Assembly: GCA_001687465.1 (NCBI GenBank) | Contig: LVLI01000309.1 | Coordinates: forward strand, 1-52,463 | Reading direction: 5' to 3' | Origin: Halocafeteria seosinensis | Taxonomy: Eukaryota | DNA: 52,463 nucleotides | In this document: positions 12,768 to 25,041 of the stretch, piece after piece | Layout of the letters: every line of letters starts with the position of its first letter | How positions within the stretch are numbered: the first letter of the stretch is position 1 | Notes under the pieces: generated by a model | Seen by the model: only the letters and a program-made list of their open reading frames with translations | Databases searched by the model: none | What the model was told of the DNA's origin: nothing | Translations under genes and position numbers: made by a program

Positions 12768-14531
12768 ATGCGCTTGTTCATTCGAAATAGTGCGTCGGAA
12801 GAACCTCATGCACTTGATGTTCGACAGGGCGATTCCATTGCCGCTGTCAAGGTAAGTACTCCTCCCTAGATAAGTTCAGACGGAGCGGCATACGACTTGC
12901 ATTACTGGGCCTTTTGCCCATCAGTGGCGAGGGAGGGGAAAGTCGCTGCTTTCGCATAAAACTGGAAAGAGACCAGAATGTTCGGTAGTTGAAGAAGCCA
13001 GTGTATCCTTGTATCTTCGTATTATACAAGGCGCCGCGTTTGTGTCAGCAACGGCGCAGTTCACTTACACTATATATTCACTGTTGGCTACTCGCTCGTG
13101 CAGGCGAAATACCGTCGATCGGCCTTCTTCACTGGCAGCAGAAACTTCGTCCAACTTCAGCACGCTGGAAGGCTCTTGGAAGATACCGCCACTGTGAAGG
13201 ACTACAATCTCAAAGATGGTGCCATTTTGTATCATCCACCGTCGTCCAAAGTGCAAGCGGCATACTCCCCGGTTGACTACGATGCTATGGCGCTGGCACT
13301 GGAGGAAGAAAACACGAAATTGAGGTAGGTCCCGGTGAAATACATCGACTATTGTATCATGGAGTCAAATAGTGGTGGCAACACATGTACACAGGGGAGG
13401 ACAAGATCTGGCCGATTTTGATCTAAGCAAGGAAGGAGGTGGCGAAGCGTGGGATGCCACATGGCGTGGAGGGTAAGATTGCGTTGCTCTTGAGTAGGTA
13501 AATTCATTAGCGCATATCCATGTGGACCCATTACAGGAATGACCACACCAACTTCCCTCCTGCGTTTTGGGAGGAGCCATCACCACCTCCACATAAGAAT
13601 GGGGGCGACGAAGGACGAAGCTCTTCAAGTACGTGGGAATGAACAACCAGCATTACCTGATTGTGGAACCCCCGGATCAATAAAACGTTTTGGTGACAGG
13701 TATTGTTTTGGCAAGAGCCCCAGGCCCAGTCGTCGCTTATGGCTCAGGCTATAGTAGCACACAAGAGGAGGAGGATATACCACCCCCTAGGTATTTCCGG
13801 AACTTGTACGTTGCCCAGGTACGTGTAACTGCGTGGTCGACATCTGGAAATCGACACCAAATAAGTTTGCCGTTCCTTTCTGACAGATTGGTAGGTTCCA
13901 GTTCCGGTTACTGCATCGGATGGAGGGCCGTTGGAACGGTGACGCAACAGTTCAGTCGATGTTTGCCCCTACTAAGGCCCAGAGCCGCGTATGCGCAGTG
14001 TCTCTCAGCTTCGACGATAGGAAAGGGCATTGGGTTGAACGACAGACATTAACTACTTCGGACGGCGTAGCCAAGCCGCAAACTCTTATATATAAGCCAG
14101 TAGGAGATGGAGTTTGCCAAGTGTTCACCCAAAATAATCTCGCGTGGGAGGACTGCGACATTAAGCTAGAAGAGAAGAGTGAGCATGTACTAATGCTTAC
14201 AGCGACATCTCATAGTAGCGGCAAGCCCCTTATAGTCGAAACTGTTACTGTTATCGACGATTATCGCAGAGTGCGCACAATCCAACGGTTCGATCCAATT
14301 GGTAACTTCCAGTGCCTGTATCTCATGCGTGAGAACAGAGTTATTGACAAAGTTTCGGGTGCAATGTCGAGAAGAAAGTCGGTTCCTGAAGACATGCACT
14401 CCCCACTACAGTCTCCAAACCGATCCCCTCAAATAGTTGGATCCGGTGGCGACCAGACGGAGTCTTCAAGGAAGACAACAAGATCAAAGCGCCGTGTTTC
14501 GTCTGGTTCTTCAGGAGGAGAGGAAGACTAA
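12768..14531 (+). CDS. N-terminal ubiquitin-like domain fused to a C-terminal DUF3598/lipocalin-like beta-barrel; about 6 exons
   Basis: Exon 1 MRLFIRNSASEEPHALDVRQGDSIAAVK and exon 2 ...LQHAGRLLEDTATVKDYNLKDGAILY give the ubiquitin fold pattern. Phase-compatible introns lead to LLHRMEGRWNG...IVETVTVIDDYRRVRTIQRF...LMRENRV. Confidence 0.75.
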
Positions 14532-14557
14532 ATGGTAAACAGACCACCCGCACACAT

Positions 14558-16068
14558 TCAAGACTCGCTCATCGAGGTCGCATTTGCAAAATCGACAGCG
14601 TTGATAGTATCGTTTCCATCTCCTGCGTCATACTTTTCATATAAATTACCACCTTGCTTGTCATTCTCCTCATCATCGTCATCGTCGTCTTCTTCATCTT
14701 CGTCGTCCTCATCCGCTTCCTCCTCGTCGTCTTCGTCGTCCTTGTCCTCACTTTCATCACTATCTGCCTTCTCGTGATTGGCTGCCCCATCCGTTTTGTG
14801 ACCAAGAGCTTCTAATCGCCGATGCAAAGGCGTCCTTCGAGAAAAGAAATAATTTTGTCCTTTCGCAAGTTGCTTCCTCAGGGCGCGCTTGTGGGTGCGT
14901 ACTTGTTTTGCGTCCCTTGTCCCAACATGCCTAGCAATTGCAGCATGCGCTGCATTAGGAAGTAGACCAATCGATGACATACAAACAACAGCACATCCAC
15001 TATAGGGAATACCTACCAAGTGGTCCATACTTGCGCAGGGCCTCGATGAATCGCTCATGTTCGTCTTCCGTCCAGTAACGTCGCTTGTCAGTCTTTTGCG
15101 AGGAGCTCTTGTTAGCCCGCTGAGTGCTTATATCCCGATCTCTTTCGAATACGTCCGCATTGTTTGCTGAATTTGCAGGTGTCTCTCCGTTGTCGTCTGT
15201 GTTCCAGGCCGCCCTCAAGCTTCCTCGTAAAGCCGTGCTTGACTTGTCTGCTGGATGAGTCTTGTTCTGTTGAATGTCTTCCTCGGACATTGCATAGGGG
15301 CTAGGTTGCCGGGGACAGAGCTTAGATATCGTTAGCATCATTCTCATTGTTTTTTTCAACAGAGCATGTGTGGTTTTTTCATTCAAAGTCTCCACATGTT
15401 GTCTCTCAGGGAAGTTGCCATTTATGGAAGCTTGCAGGTCACTGAGTTTGCCCAGGTGTATTAATTGAGCCTGAAGCCGCTCCAAATACCTGCAGCAACC
15501 ATACACACCAGTTTCGTGTAAAGAAATACATCTTAATACCCCCTTTCCTGAGAAGGACTTACATGACGGCTTCCTTGATACGTCCCAGATTTTGATTCTC
15601 CAGGATACAATGGATCAGTTCCATGTTTTCGCGTAGGACCTGAAGAGCAGAATAATAACAAGATATTTATCCTCGCCTTAAAAATGAGTATCCCAGGTAT
15701 ACATAGGGGCGGGCAGAGAGACATACAGTATCTACGTATCGGGTAACCATTGGAGGAGGTACATTTTGAAGATGGCGACTCTCTTCATCTTCTTCCTCTC
15801 CACTGTTCGTGGAAAACGGATTCCCAGACGGAAGTTCGGACGGCGCAGTAGACACTCCTTTACTCTTTTGGGAAGATTGTTTGGGGTGGGAGGCTGTATG
15901 TGACGAGGAAGAACCCGTATTCCGATGGGAGGGAGCCTCAGTTGCAGCTGCTCCAGAGACCTCCTGGGACGAAGGCTCTGCTAGCAGATATTGCAGCGGC
16001 TCATATTGCCCGCCCTCTTCAGAGGACCGAGCAAACTCTTCGTCGAACAAAGACGATGAAGCAGTCAT
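14558..16068 (-). CDS. Single-repeat MYB (SHAQKYF-class-like) transcription factor with an acidic tail, multi-exon
   Basis: KRRYWTEDEHERFIEALRKYG [intron] AHAAIARHVGTRDAKQVRTH. The start at MTASSSLF (16068) is inferred. Confidence 0.8.
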
Positions 16069-16529
16069 CGTTGTCAGTGTACCACATCGACAATACAATG
16101 AATTAAATACAGAATGCAGCAACTTCAACTTGTGCTGTTTGGAAGTGTCCATTTCAAATTTTCAAAGAAATTCAAACATTTCTCCCTAGAATCTAGGTAC
16201 CTGGTACACGGTAGACCATCGACAGTAGGTATAGACTTCCATATCATACTATAAAGAAGCATCACTCAGAGGAGTTGAGTGAGAATAGCGATGCTTAACC
16301 GTGTCGAGAGTTTATGCGTTGGAAATACATGGGTACAACGTACAGTAGTTGTACAACTTGTACTGTACACTGTAGGACCTTCCGGACCGGAAGTTCCGGT
16401 ACGAGTGCCAAAACACCACACAAACACAAATCAGTAAACGCACCAACGACGATTGATAACCAAGGCTTGGGTTCATTTTATTGTAGCCTACTTCCGTTAA
16501 TTTCGAGAAAGGCGCAGTTCTCACTAGGG

Positions 16530-18416
16530 TTATACTTGCCCCGGAGCCTCGTCCGGGGGAATTTCAAAACTTTCTCTACTTTCCGTTTGTTTCTCATCCT
16601 GAAGCAGGCTCGTTTTATACTGTTCAAAAGTGCTTGAAGGAACGCAATTAATATTAGCACTTTCGGGGATTTCGAGCTGTTCAACCTGCTTCAGCGCGGG
16701 GTGTTCGCACACATGACTAGATGTGACGAAAATCATGTATTGACAAGTCCGAATCTCTTTGATCGACGTCACCACAAAGTGGCCGACACCGCACTGAATA
16801 CGAACCTCCGCCTGTCGAGGTGCGTTGGAGATGTCGCATAAGGTGCCTTGGTCGAATTTCTGGACAGCTGCTGGTAGATACTCAGGAGGCTGATTACGTG
16901 CCAACCTTGAGTTGCTAGGGAGTCGCATACTTGGATCTCCTTCGTCTACGTATGTGTCCACAGTTTTGTTAAATTTCCCCAACAAAAACTGTGATACTAT
17001 GCTCTTTCCCTCTTGATGAAATTGTTTGACGTGACTCCCAAGACAGACTTCGTAAGTCCACCAGCCCTTGTTCAGGCTGGAGCATGATCCATTGATAGGT
17101 TTCATTATATACCGAAGAGAGGAAAGTTTTCCACAGACCGAACTATCAGCCACTCCTATTTTGATTTGATAATAACGAGATTCTGGTTCTGAAAACCCTA
17201 CAATGTCTTCTTGTACACCATTAGGGAGTAAATCGGCGGCGCACAAAAACCTGCCATCACCAGTAAATATTCACGCTGTAGCGAAGATGGAGAGACACTG
17301 AAGATTAACTTACATAACTTTGGTCTTGCGACCTTCATCTCCATTTTCATACACTTGAGTGTAATACTGTTCCCCATCCATGGTGGTAAGGTGGTCAAGC
17401 TCCGCATTATACTTTCCCAGAAGCACCCTTTCAACTGCCTTATCACTCTTGGATATGCTTCCTTCTACATGTACCTGCTCAACATAGTTATTGGGGCAAA
17501 CCCTATAGGCCCAGTATCCATATCTCTGCATGCAAAAAGATATCCAACACAGAGATTTTGCTTGACGGCCTCAATCGACGGACTTACTCTCATCAAACAG
17601 TTCTCTCGCCTTTGTTGCACATAGTTTGATAGTGTTTCTTCTACTGAATCACTATGACCGGCTTTTCCGTGGTCCGATTCGTCTGATATAGACTCCTCGC
17701 TGTTATCTGGCCATTCGTTTCGAGAAGCTTTCAGTTGCTCTGTGTTCTCTTCGTTTGGCAGTAGACATGTATACTGAAACTCTTGGATAGGGTTGTACAA
17801 TTTCACTTCTTTCATATTGAACACAAACTGAAGTGATGCCAAACAGTTTGGGTTAACATGCACAATCAAGGGTACTATTAGACAGCTTTTGCCACTTACA
17901 TCAGGTAGTGCCCATCGTTGCTCATACCACGGAACGCTGAAGGGCTCTGTCGGTTCGGAAGAAGGGCGCGGAGACGATGGAGAGCTATCCTCTTGCGCCA
18001 TTGGTGTGTTTCTCTTAGCGGCCCTCTTTTCCCGTGCTTTCTTGGTGTTTTCATCTATACTGTTGGAGTGCAATCTCGACAAAAAATAGTCAGGGTGATC
18101 GTCCAAGGTATCCTCGAATTTGTCTCCATAAAGCTTGACTTGGTACGCCAGGTCTGTCTGCATAGTTCCCAGGCTAACGTCCATCATTTGTTGTATGATC
18201 ACGACTTGAGGATTTGATTTCGATCCCGTCTTCTGCAGATCCCATACGTGCACATAAGATGTGTCTACCACCCCCGAGCTGTCCCTCAAAATAGTCTTTA
18301 CATACCACTGTCACAGTGCACTGCCCAGGCTGCATACAAGCGAAGAGCGTGAAAATAAGGACCACCCACCCAGCCAAACTACGAGGATAATGTTGCCAAT
18401 GCATGATGTTGTCCAT
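16530..18416 (-). CDS. OS-9/erlectin (ERLEC1/XTP3-B-like) ER lectin with two MRH (PRKCSH-type) domains
   Basis: Hydrophobic signal-like exon (LAGWVVLIFTLFAC). Two repeats: GYWAYRVCPNNYVEQVH...YYTQVYENG and GWWTYEVCLGSHVKQFH...QGTLCDISNAPRQAEV...IKEIRTCQY. Confidence 0.85.
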
Positions 18417-18832
18417 GGCCCTTGAACCAGTATAATAGCCACCTCCTCCTTCCGCCGGAGGAGGTGTCTTAGCCGGATTCCTACAAGGACTCGGCTTCAT
18501 ATGATTTCCCCATGCTGATGTCGCCCCTTCCAAGTATCCTCATACCTCCTATGATTACTTTCCTATTTTCTATCAACACCACTCTTTTCTTTGGTTCTAT
18601 GTGGAAGACGGGCAGGAAGCCCCCCCACCGTGCGACTTGGGGAGTCAACCATCACGATCCCGTGCGCGAAAGCCATTCAGAGAGGAATTCCTTGGTTTGT
18701 TTCACAACCCATTCTTCGCAATCGCATCACGTGCCACAAACGATCAAGTTTTCTTTACCATAAAGTTAGGAAACAAGACTGATTACAAACGTGAACATAG
18801 TTTATTCATTTGCCTTAACACGTAAGACAACA

Positions 18833-19892
18833 ATGGTACGTTGACTCTCCTGTTTTTGGCGCGCTCCCGGGTTTCTCTTCATTTCCGAGGCTATATGCTA
18901 ACGACGCTCCTTATCTATTGCAGGCGTCGCAACCAAGTTTCACGCCACAGGTCATGACGAGGCTGTCGAAACAGGTAAGACAAATAACAAGCGAGTAGGA
19001 GACAGACACTTCGCCCCACATTGAAGTGCGCGCCACGAAGCCATTTGTTCTGAAGAAGGGATCCGTCTATCCCAGTGCCAGAGATGACTCTTACCGTTTT
19101 CTTAATACGATTTGCACAGATTAGGAACCTTGCCTCGAAACCACCTGAGGGTATTCGGTACTTGCCAGATGAAGGCTCTCTTAGTGAAATACATGCTGTG
19201 ATTTTCGGCCCGGGTAAGCAGCACATGGACTTCACGAGGGATAAGACATGGTTATATGAATTAATCACTCTCCTTCTTTTGCAGAGGATACACCATATCA
19301 TGGAGGTCAATTTCATTTGAAACTAGTGCTAGGTTCGGAATACCCTTCGGCCCCTCCAAAAGGTTAGCTCCGCGCCGTTTTAGCCAGTTTTTATTGGCGG
19401 AAGCCACATTGAATTTCTTGCATCACAGGATACTTTATAACTAAAATTTTTCACCCTAATGTATCTGATGCGGGCGATATATGTGTGAATACTCTGAAAC
19501 GCGACTGGAAGCCAGATAACACGCTACACCACGTACTGCAAGTCATACGATGTTTACTTATAGTACCCTTTCCGGAGTCTTCGCTGAACGAAGATGCGGG
19601 AAAATTATTTATGGAATCCTACGATGAATATTATAGAAAAGCAACGTTAATGACTAAGATCCATGCAAAGAGAAAAATTGTGGAATCGGAGGAGAACGAA
19701 AATATAGATAAAACAGCCAGCGTTACAGAAACCGCTGAATCGAGTCCCACGGAAGCCTCGGGGGAATCTACTACAACTAAACCAGAAAAGGAAACAGAGG
19801 AATCCAAATCGAGTAAAAGCAAATCCAAAAAAGCACTTAGTGAACGAGGGAAGAAGGATGTCAAACGTAAAAAGAGTTTGAAGCGCCTTTGA
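18833..19892 (+). CDS. UBE2S: Ubiquitin-conjugating enzyme E2 S
   Basis: Spliced product [30 protein letters not shown]...[14 protein letters not shown]...[31 protein letters not shown]...[21 protein letters not shown], ending in the UBE2S-type basic tail KKSLKRL. Confidence 0.93.
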
Positions 19893-20032
19893 GGAGTGGT
19901 ACAAACATGACATGAAATAATTTGTTCAACGTAGAGTGTATTGGCTCCTCCTGATTAAATGTACATGCTAATACTCCTCCGCTTTGCATGATCCAAGTTG
20001 TAACCCGAAACGTCGCACTAACAACACCTCCA

Positions 20033-20973
20033 CTATACAACTATACGATACGTTACATATCTGCATGAGCCCAGAAACCATGTTTATAACCAACCCAGTG
20101 GCAACATTCGTCGCGATTCTTACCTTCCTGCTGTTTCCGAAGGACGAATAATTTTGACAACTTGTCCTCGTTGCATTCCGTAAAATCTGGCAATGGGGTC
20201 ATTTAACTGTATTCTCGGAAGCTGAGTCTCCCTTACACGGTATCGCTCCAATAATTGTTTTTTCTCTTCATCATTCAAAACAACATGTTGCGGCACGAGC
20301 TCATGGTCTGTTATGTCTACGATCAGTTCATCATCACGAAAGTACTCCACGACATAGTGTGGTAGCACATCTTGCAGCGCTTGTTTAGCATGGTTTGTAC
20401 ACTTTCCTCGAGACACTAAAATACCCCTCTTTGATTCCGCTTTATGCATGCGCTCTATGAGTCTGTCGACGATATTGGAAATCAACATACAGCTAGTTAA
20501 TTTTCTCCATAGCATCAAGTTCATCACTTGATTTACATACGGCCTAATTTCTTTGATCCCCAAGTCTCCATCCGGAAAAAACACCATACATTTATCTTCG
20601 GGGTCGTTCGGTTTCGCCACCTGTGAGAGCAACGAGAAGCCATACAATCAAGCGTCCAGCAGGTACGTTCCTCGTGATACTACCACTTTTAACAGAGCAT
20701 CCACATACCAATAGTGTCAGATCGTCGCCTTTGGGTTCCGTGCCAAACTGCATATTCAGCACGTGTGCAAAGAGACCGAGAGGTGAAACCACACAACAAA
20801 CACACTGTTGGCTGCATGGAACGTACCCTTTCCCTAAAATCATGACCATCCATCTCTAAATCCTCCTCCGGCACATTATAGCCTCGTTTGTAGAGCATTC
20901 GAGACGCTGTCTTCCGGACGCGAAAGATCCTCGACGCCTGCGCCGGCAGCGAGGAGGCACCCGTGATGTCCAT
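20033..20973 (-). CDS. POLR2E: RNA polymerase I/II/III shared subunit RPB5
   Basis: RIFRVRKTASRMLYKRGYNV...VDITDHELVPQHVVL...QLPRIQLNDPIARFYG...VVKIIRPSETAGR|YVTYRIVV*, with the stop at 20033-20035. Confidence 0.96.
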
Positions 20974-21296
20974 CCCCTCTATATAAAGAACTTATTCAGC
21001 CCTATTTCCCACAGATGCACTCCTCTACGAGCACAATACGCGCGTCAAACCACTCCCAACTTACCTGCATTCATTTATATCCCCACACAAAAAGGCGACA
21101 ATCTTTTCGTTGTGAAGATGAACAAACCAACCAATCTTTTCGTCGCCCCACGAAAAGAACCAACGTCTTGGTGCTGCTCAAGGGTTAGCTGAGTTTTCTG
21201 GAAGGAAGAGCTTGTTGGGCATCCATTTTAAGGGCCCCTGCCTGGGTCTGTTCCATCCCAAATTGTATAGTATGACCATTATGCTGGTATTGTTAC

Positions 21297-23882
21297 ATGT
21301 ATGAGGTGGCTAGAGTGAATACACAGGAGCAAGCAGCAATGTCCAACGGTGCCGGAGAGGAGGCTTCGCCTCCTGAGGAGTACGACTTTGAGATCGATTT
21401 GAGCTCATTTGCCCAAAATACGAGTGAAAATGGAGGAAATGTGGATGATAAATATAGTTCTGTAGCTGTTGCGGACGTTGATGCGTCGCAATACAATCAG
21501 AAACCGGGTGGGAAAGCCCCTGGAACCGGTACGTGCGAGGATGCATGATCTTCACTTCGATTGGTGCTTATGTGTGAAGTCTGACGTCTTTCGTTATTAC
21601 AGATGATGAGCCACCACCACCACCTCCACGACCTAAGAGTTCCACTCCTACAGGAATCCAAGGTAACGGTTCCGACTCGCGGCCGGCTTCAGTGGATGCA
21701 AACGTCTCGCCCACTGGTAGTAGCAGTCATCAACGACAAAGAAGGTCCTCAAAGTCCGTGGCCGAGTGGAGGCAGGACGCTTCGAGAAGAAACTCGGAAC
21801 GTGTAGCGCCACCGCCTTCAAACTTGCGATCAGACTCTGCCAACAATAGAACGAGGAGAAGCACCATGTCTCCCCTCCTCCGTGGCGCTCCAAAGCCTCC
21901 CTTGCCAGCAGCGGAACCGATGCAACGCAGTAAGAGTACGGGAAGTGCGGCGGACGGTGATGAGAAATCTCCGTTGCGCATGAAACCGGAGGCTTTAGAA
22001 AGCAATACTAATATTGAAGCAACACCAGTGGAAGACACTGCAGTCCTTATGCCGACCGTTTCTACTAAGCCAGCAGCCGGTTATGGTGTTCATTCAGAAA
22101 CGGCACAGCAAAGAAGTGAAGAGGACAAAGCTGTAGCAGAACTTGAAAGTGTGGCAATTGGGGAGAGAGATGGAGGATCTGGCGCAATCCATACAGAATC
22201 AGGGAGCAGACGCGCGCCGGGGGGCGAGCAAAATCCTGTAGGAGACGATAACAAAAGTCAGGGCCGACCCGCGAGCGTTTCTAACAATTCCGATAAATTG
22301 AGCAGGTCTGCTCCGCGTTCTCCACAATCTCCACGGGGATCAGGTTCTGGCGGTCCCAACTCGGATCAAGACACCCCTCCTACCCGCAAGGTGAGCGTGC
22401 AGGAGTTCCAATCCCGAGTAGAAAAGTGGCATCAATCACGAGCGGAACAATTGAGAAAGCAACAAAAGATGAGAGAACAACGGGAAAAGGAGGATCAACA
22501 ACACTCTTTTACCCCGAATCTTAAACTGACGGTAAGAGTAATCCCACCTCCGGGTGTATTGCAGTACACTGTATGAACTGCCGGTACTCTCTGTGTGCAG
22601 GAGGAAGCCAACAAAAAGCTGGTGTCGCATCAGGGTGTTCCGTTTAAGCGGCTCCATGACTGGGGACAGCAGGTATGATCTTATCTAAGGTTTGGCTTTT
22701 AGATGAACCAGTCAGCTTATAACTGGACAAATCTAATCAATCTTACAGAAAGAAGCTCAGCTTAAGGAACAGCGGCAAAGGGAGGCTGCACGGAAAATGG
22801 AAGAAGAGAGTGATTGGGAGAGGCTTCAATTGCAGAACCAGGGTACTCCCCTCAACAGTGGAACAACACGAGAGCAGGAAAAACGAGCAGTCGAAGAAGA
22901 AGCCGGTGGTGGAGCGTTGCCCAAGAAGAGTAGAAGGAAGAAACAAAACGTCTCTCCGCAGCTTAAAGAACGGCAACAGGCGCAGCTGGAAGCATTCTTG
23001 GAAAGACAGAAGAAGGCACGCGAGCAAGCTGAGTTTAAGAAAAAAGTTCCATTCGCAACAGGTGAAAACTACACCGGCAAAATAACGAAGCCGAAAGAGT
23101 TTAAGTTATCGTACCTCAATCGCGCTACAGAGAAGGAGAAAGATACACAGCAACAGATGTCCACGGACAAACAATCAAGCGTCAAATCCAGAAACAAATC
23201 CAAGCGACCTACCTCTAGAGGAGTTGTATCGTCTTCTAGTCCTACTCAAGGGAAGCATAACGTACGATCTAGGGGACAAAAGAAAGTATCCAGTCCTCCG
23301 TCGAACTCTGGGGCAGCTTGGGCACGATTTGCTGGGGAAGTTCCTGTTTCCCTTAGCGCCGATCCTGAGTTTGTCGAAGCGAAACCAACCTTGACAGCTT
23401 CCTCAGGATATGAAAGCAAGCAAGGCTATAATGAAGATGAGTCTAAGCAAGTATCTGTTTCTTCACCGGAAAAGGACACAGCGGAAGCTGACACTGCCGC
23501 TGCCAAACAGCAAGATGGCCCCTCTCTCAGTAAGCGAGTGGGCTTTACGGAAGGGTCACTTCAGGAACCCGCGAACCCACTGAGTGCATCACAGAGTGAA
23601 AAGCTAGAGAAACGACCGCCAACGCCTCATCCTTCGCAGTCGTTCGCTCCTCCCACCCCCGGTCCGCCCAAGCCTACAGCAAGTTCGGAGCGCGCGTCGA
23701 CGATGGAGCGTCCCACAGATACAGCTCGCACAGACATGCACAGCAAGTCTAATGCGTTGGATTCGAAAACTACCTCGGCTTCCCTTTCGACAGACGATGA
23801 GGAGTTAAGCCTTGAAACACTGCGGGAGGAAATACGGCGTGTGCGTGAGGAGTTACAACGTGAGAAGGAAGAAGATGATTGA
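21297..23882 (+). CDS. Hypothetical low-complexity/coiled-coil protein, multi-exon; possibly microtubule-associated
   Basis: ORFs 21297-21548, 21692-22576 and 22797-23882 are linked by GT-AG introns. Short motifs SFTPNL, RLHDWG and YTGKITKPKEFKLSY loosely recall TPX2/FAM161-type segments (weak). Start may be 21339. Confidence 0.65.
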
Positions 23883-24121
23883 TGTCCGTACCTGTCCATC
23901 CATGCTCTTTGTCGCTGTAACTAAAACTTAGCTAATTGCAACAAAAAATACACTGGGAAGGATACTTGAGCTCACATATAGCTATGAAGTCGCCCACTGT
24001 CGGCCGTTCTTACGGATGGCCGCTGCTGTGACGTCATACCACACATCCAGGCACTATACGCACAGTTTTTTGATAAAAGTTGAGTTGTTAGCCAAGAGCT
24101 TCGGTCGTAAATACGGTGGCA

Positions 24122-25017
24122 ATGGATGTGTGGTCCTTGAAACGGGAGTGGTATGACCACTTCAGCTGGGAGCGAGCTCCCTTACGCTCCTTGTACGCTC
24201 CCGTACTGGGATCGGGAGCGTATCTTGCTGCCGTCGCTGTATTAGTTACCTACGCGCGGGGGCGGAGTGGCAGCAAACCGCCCCAGAAAAGGACGGTGAC
24301 GGTCATGGGCCACGTCCAGGGAATCCACAATCTAATACTATGTCTCTGGTCGCTCGTGATGTGCCTCGGCGCCGGATATGAAGCGTACCGTCGAGTGGTG
24401 GAGGAGAAGTCGGTATGGTGGATGCTGTGCGAACATCCGGATACAGCGCCCGTGGGAAGGCTCTACTTTTGGACGTGGATGTATTATGTGTCAAAGTACT
24501 ATGAACTGCTGGATACTGTGGTAACGTTGCTCAAGGGAAGCATACCCCCGTCGTTAGGTCTAGGGATCTACCACCACGCGGTGGTGCTGTTCATGGCGTG
24601 GTTATGGCTAGAAACCACGCAGAGTTTGCATATCATCGGACTGCTATTCAATACGTTTGTTCACGTTTTCATGTAAGTTCCAGTACTGTGGCACGCCGAA
24701 CTGAGAAGAAGAACCCACTTGTATTGTGCAGGTACTATTACTACTTCCGACGCGCTTACGGACACACAGTGTGGTGGAAGAATCATATAACTTCATTGCA
24801 GATCGTGCAGTTTGCTACTTCCTTCACAATGCTGTCGATCGTATTATACCACCTCAGCGGCTTCCAAGTGAACGAATGGAGTAGTGTTTGTGCAGGAATG
24901 CCCGCCGTCGGATTTAACTCGGTGTTCAATTTCACCCTCCTTCTGGCATTCGTGGGAATTCTCAACAAGAATAGCCGCCCCAAGAGTCGGGAAGCAAGTA
25001 AACAAAAGGAGTTCTAA
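24122..25017 (+). CDS. ELO/GNS1-SUR4 family fatty acid elongase (2 exons)
   Basis: HNLILCLWS, YYVSKYYELLDT, YHH, NTFVHVFM|YYYY and ITSLQIVQF, with a basic C-terminus. Confidence 0.92.
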
Positions 25018-25041
25018 AGGCAAGGCGCTGGTGTGACTCGA

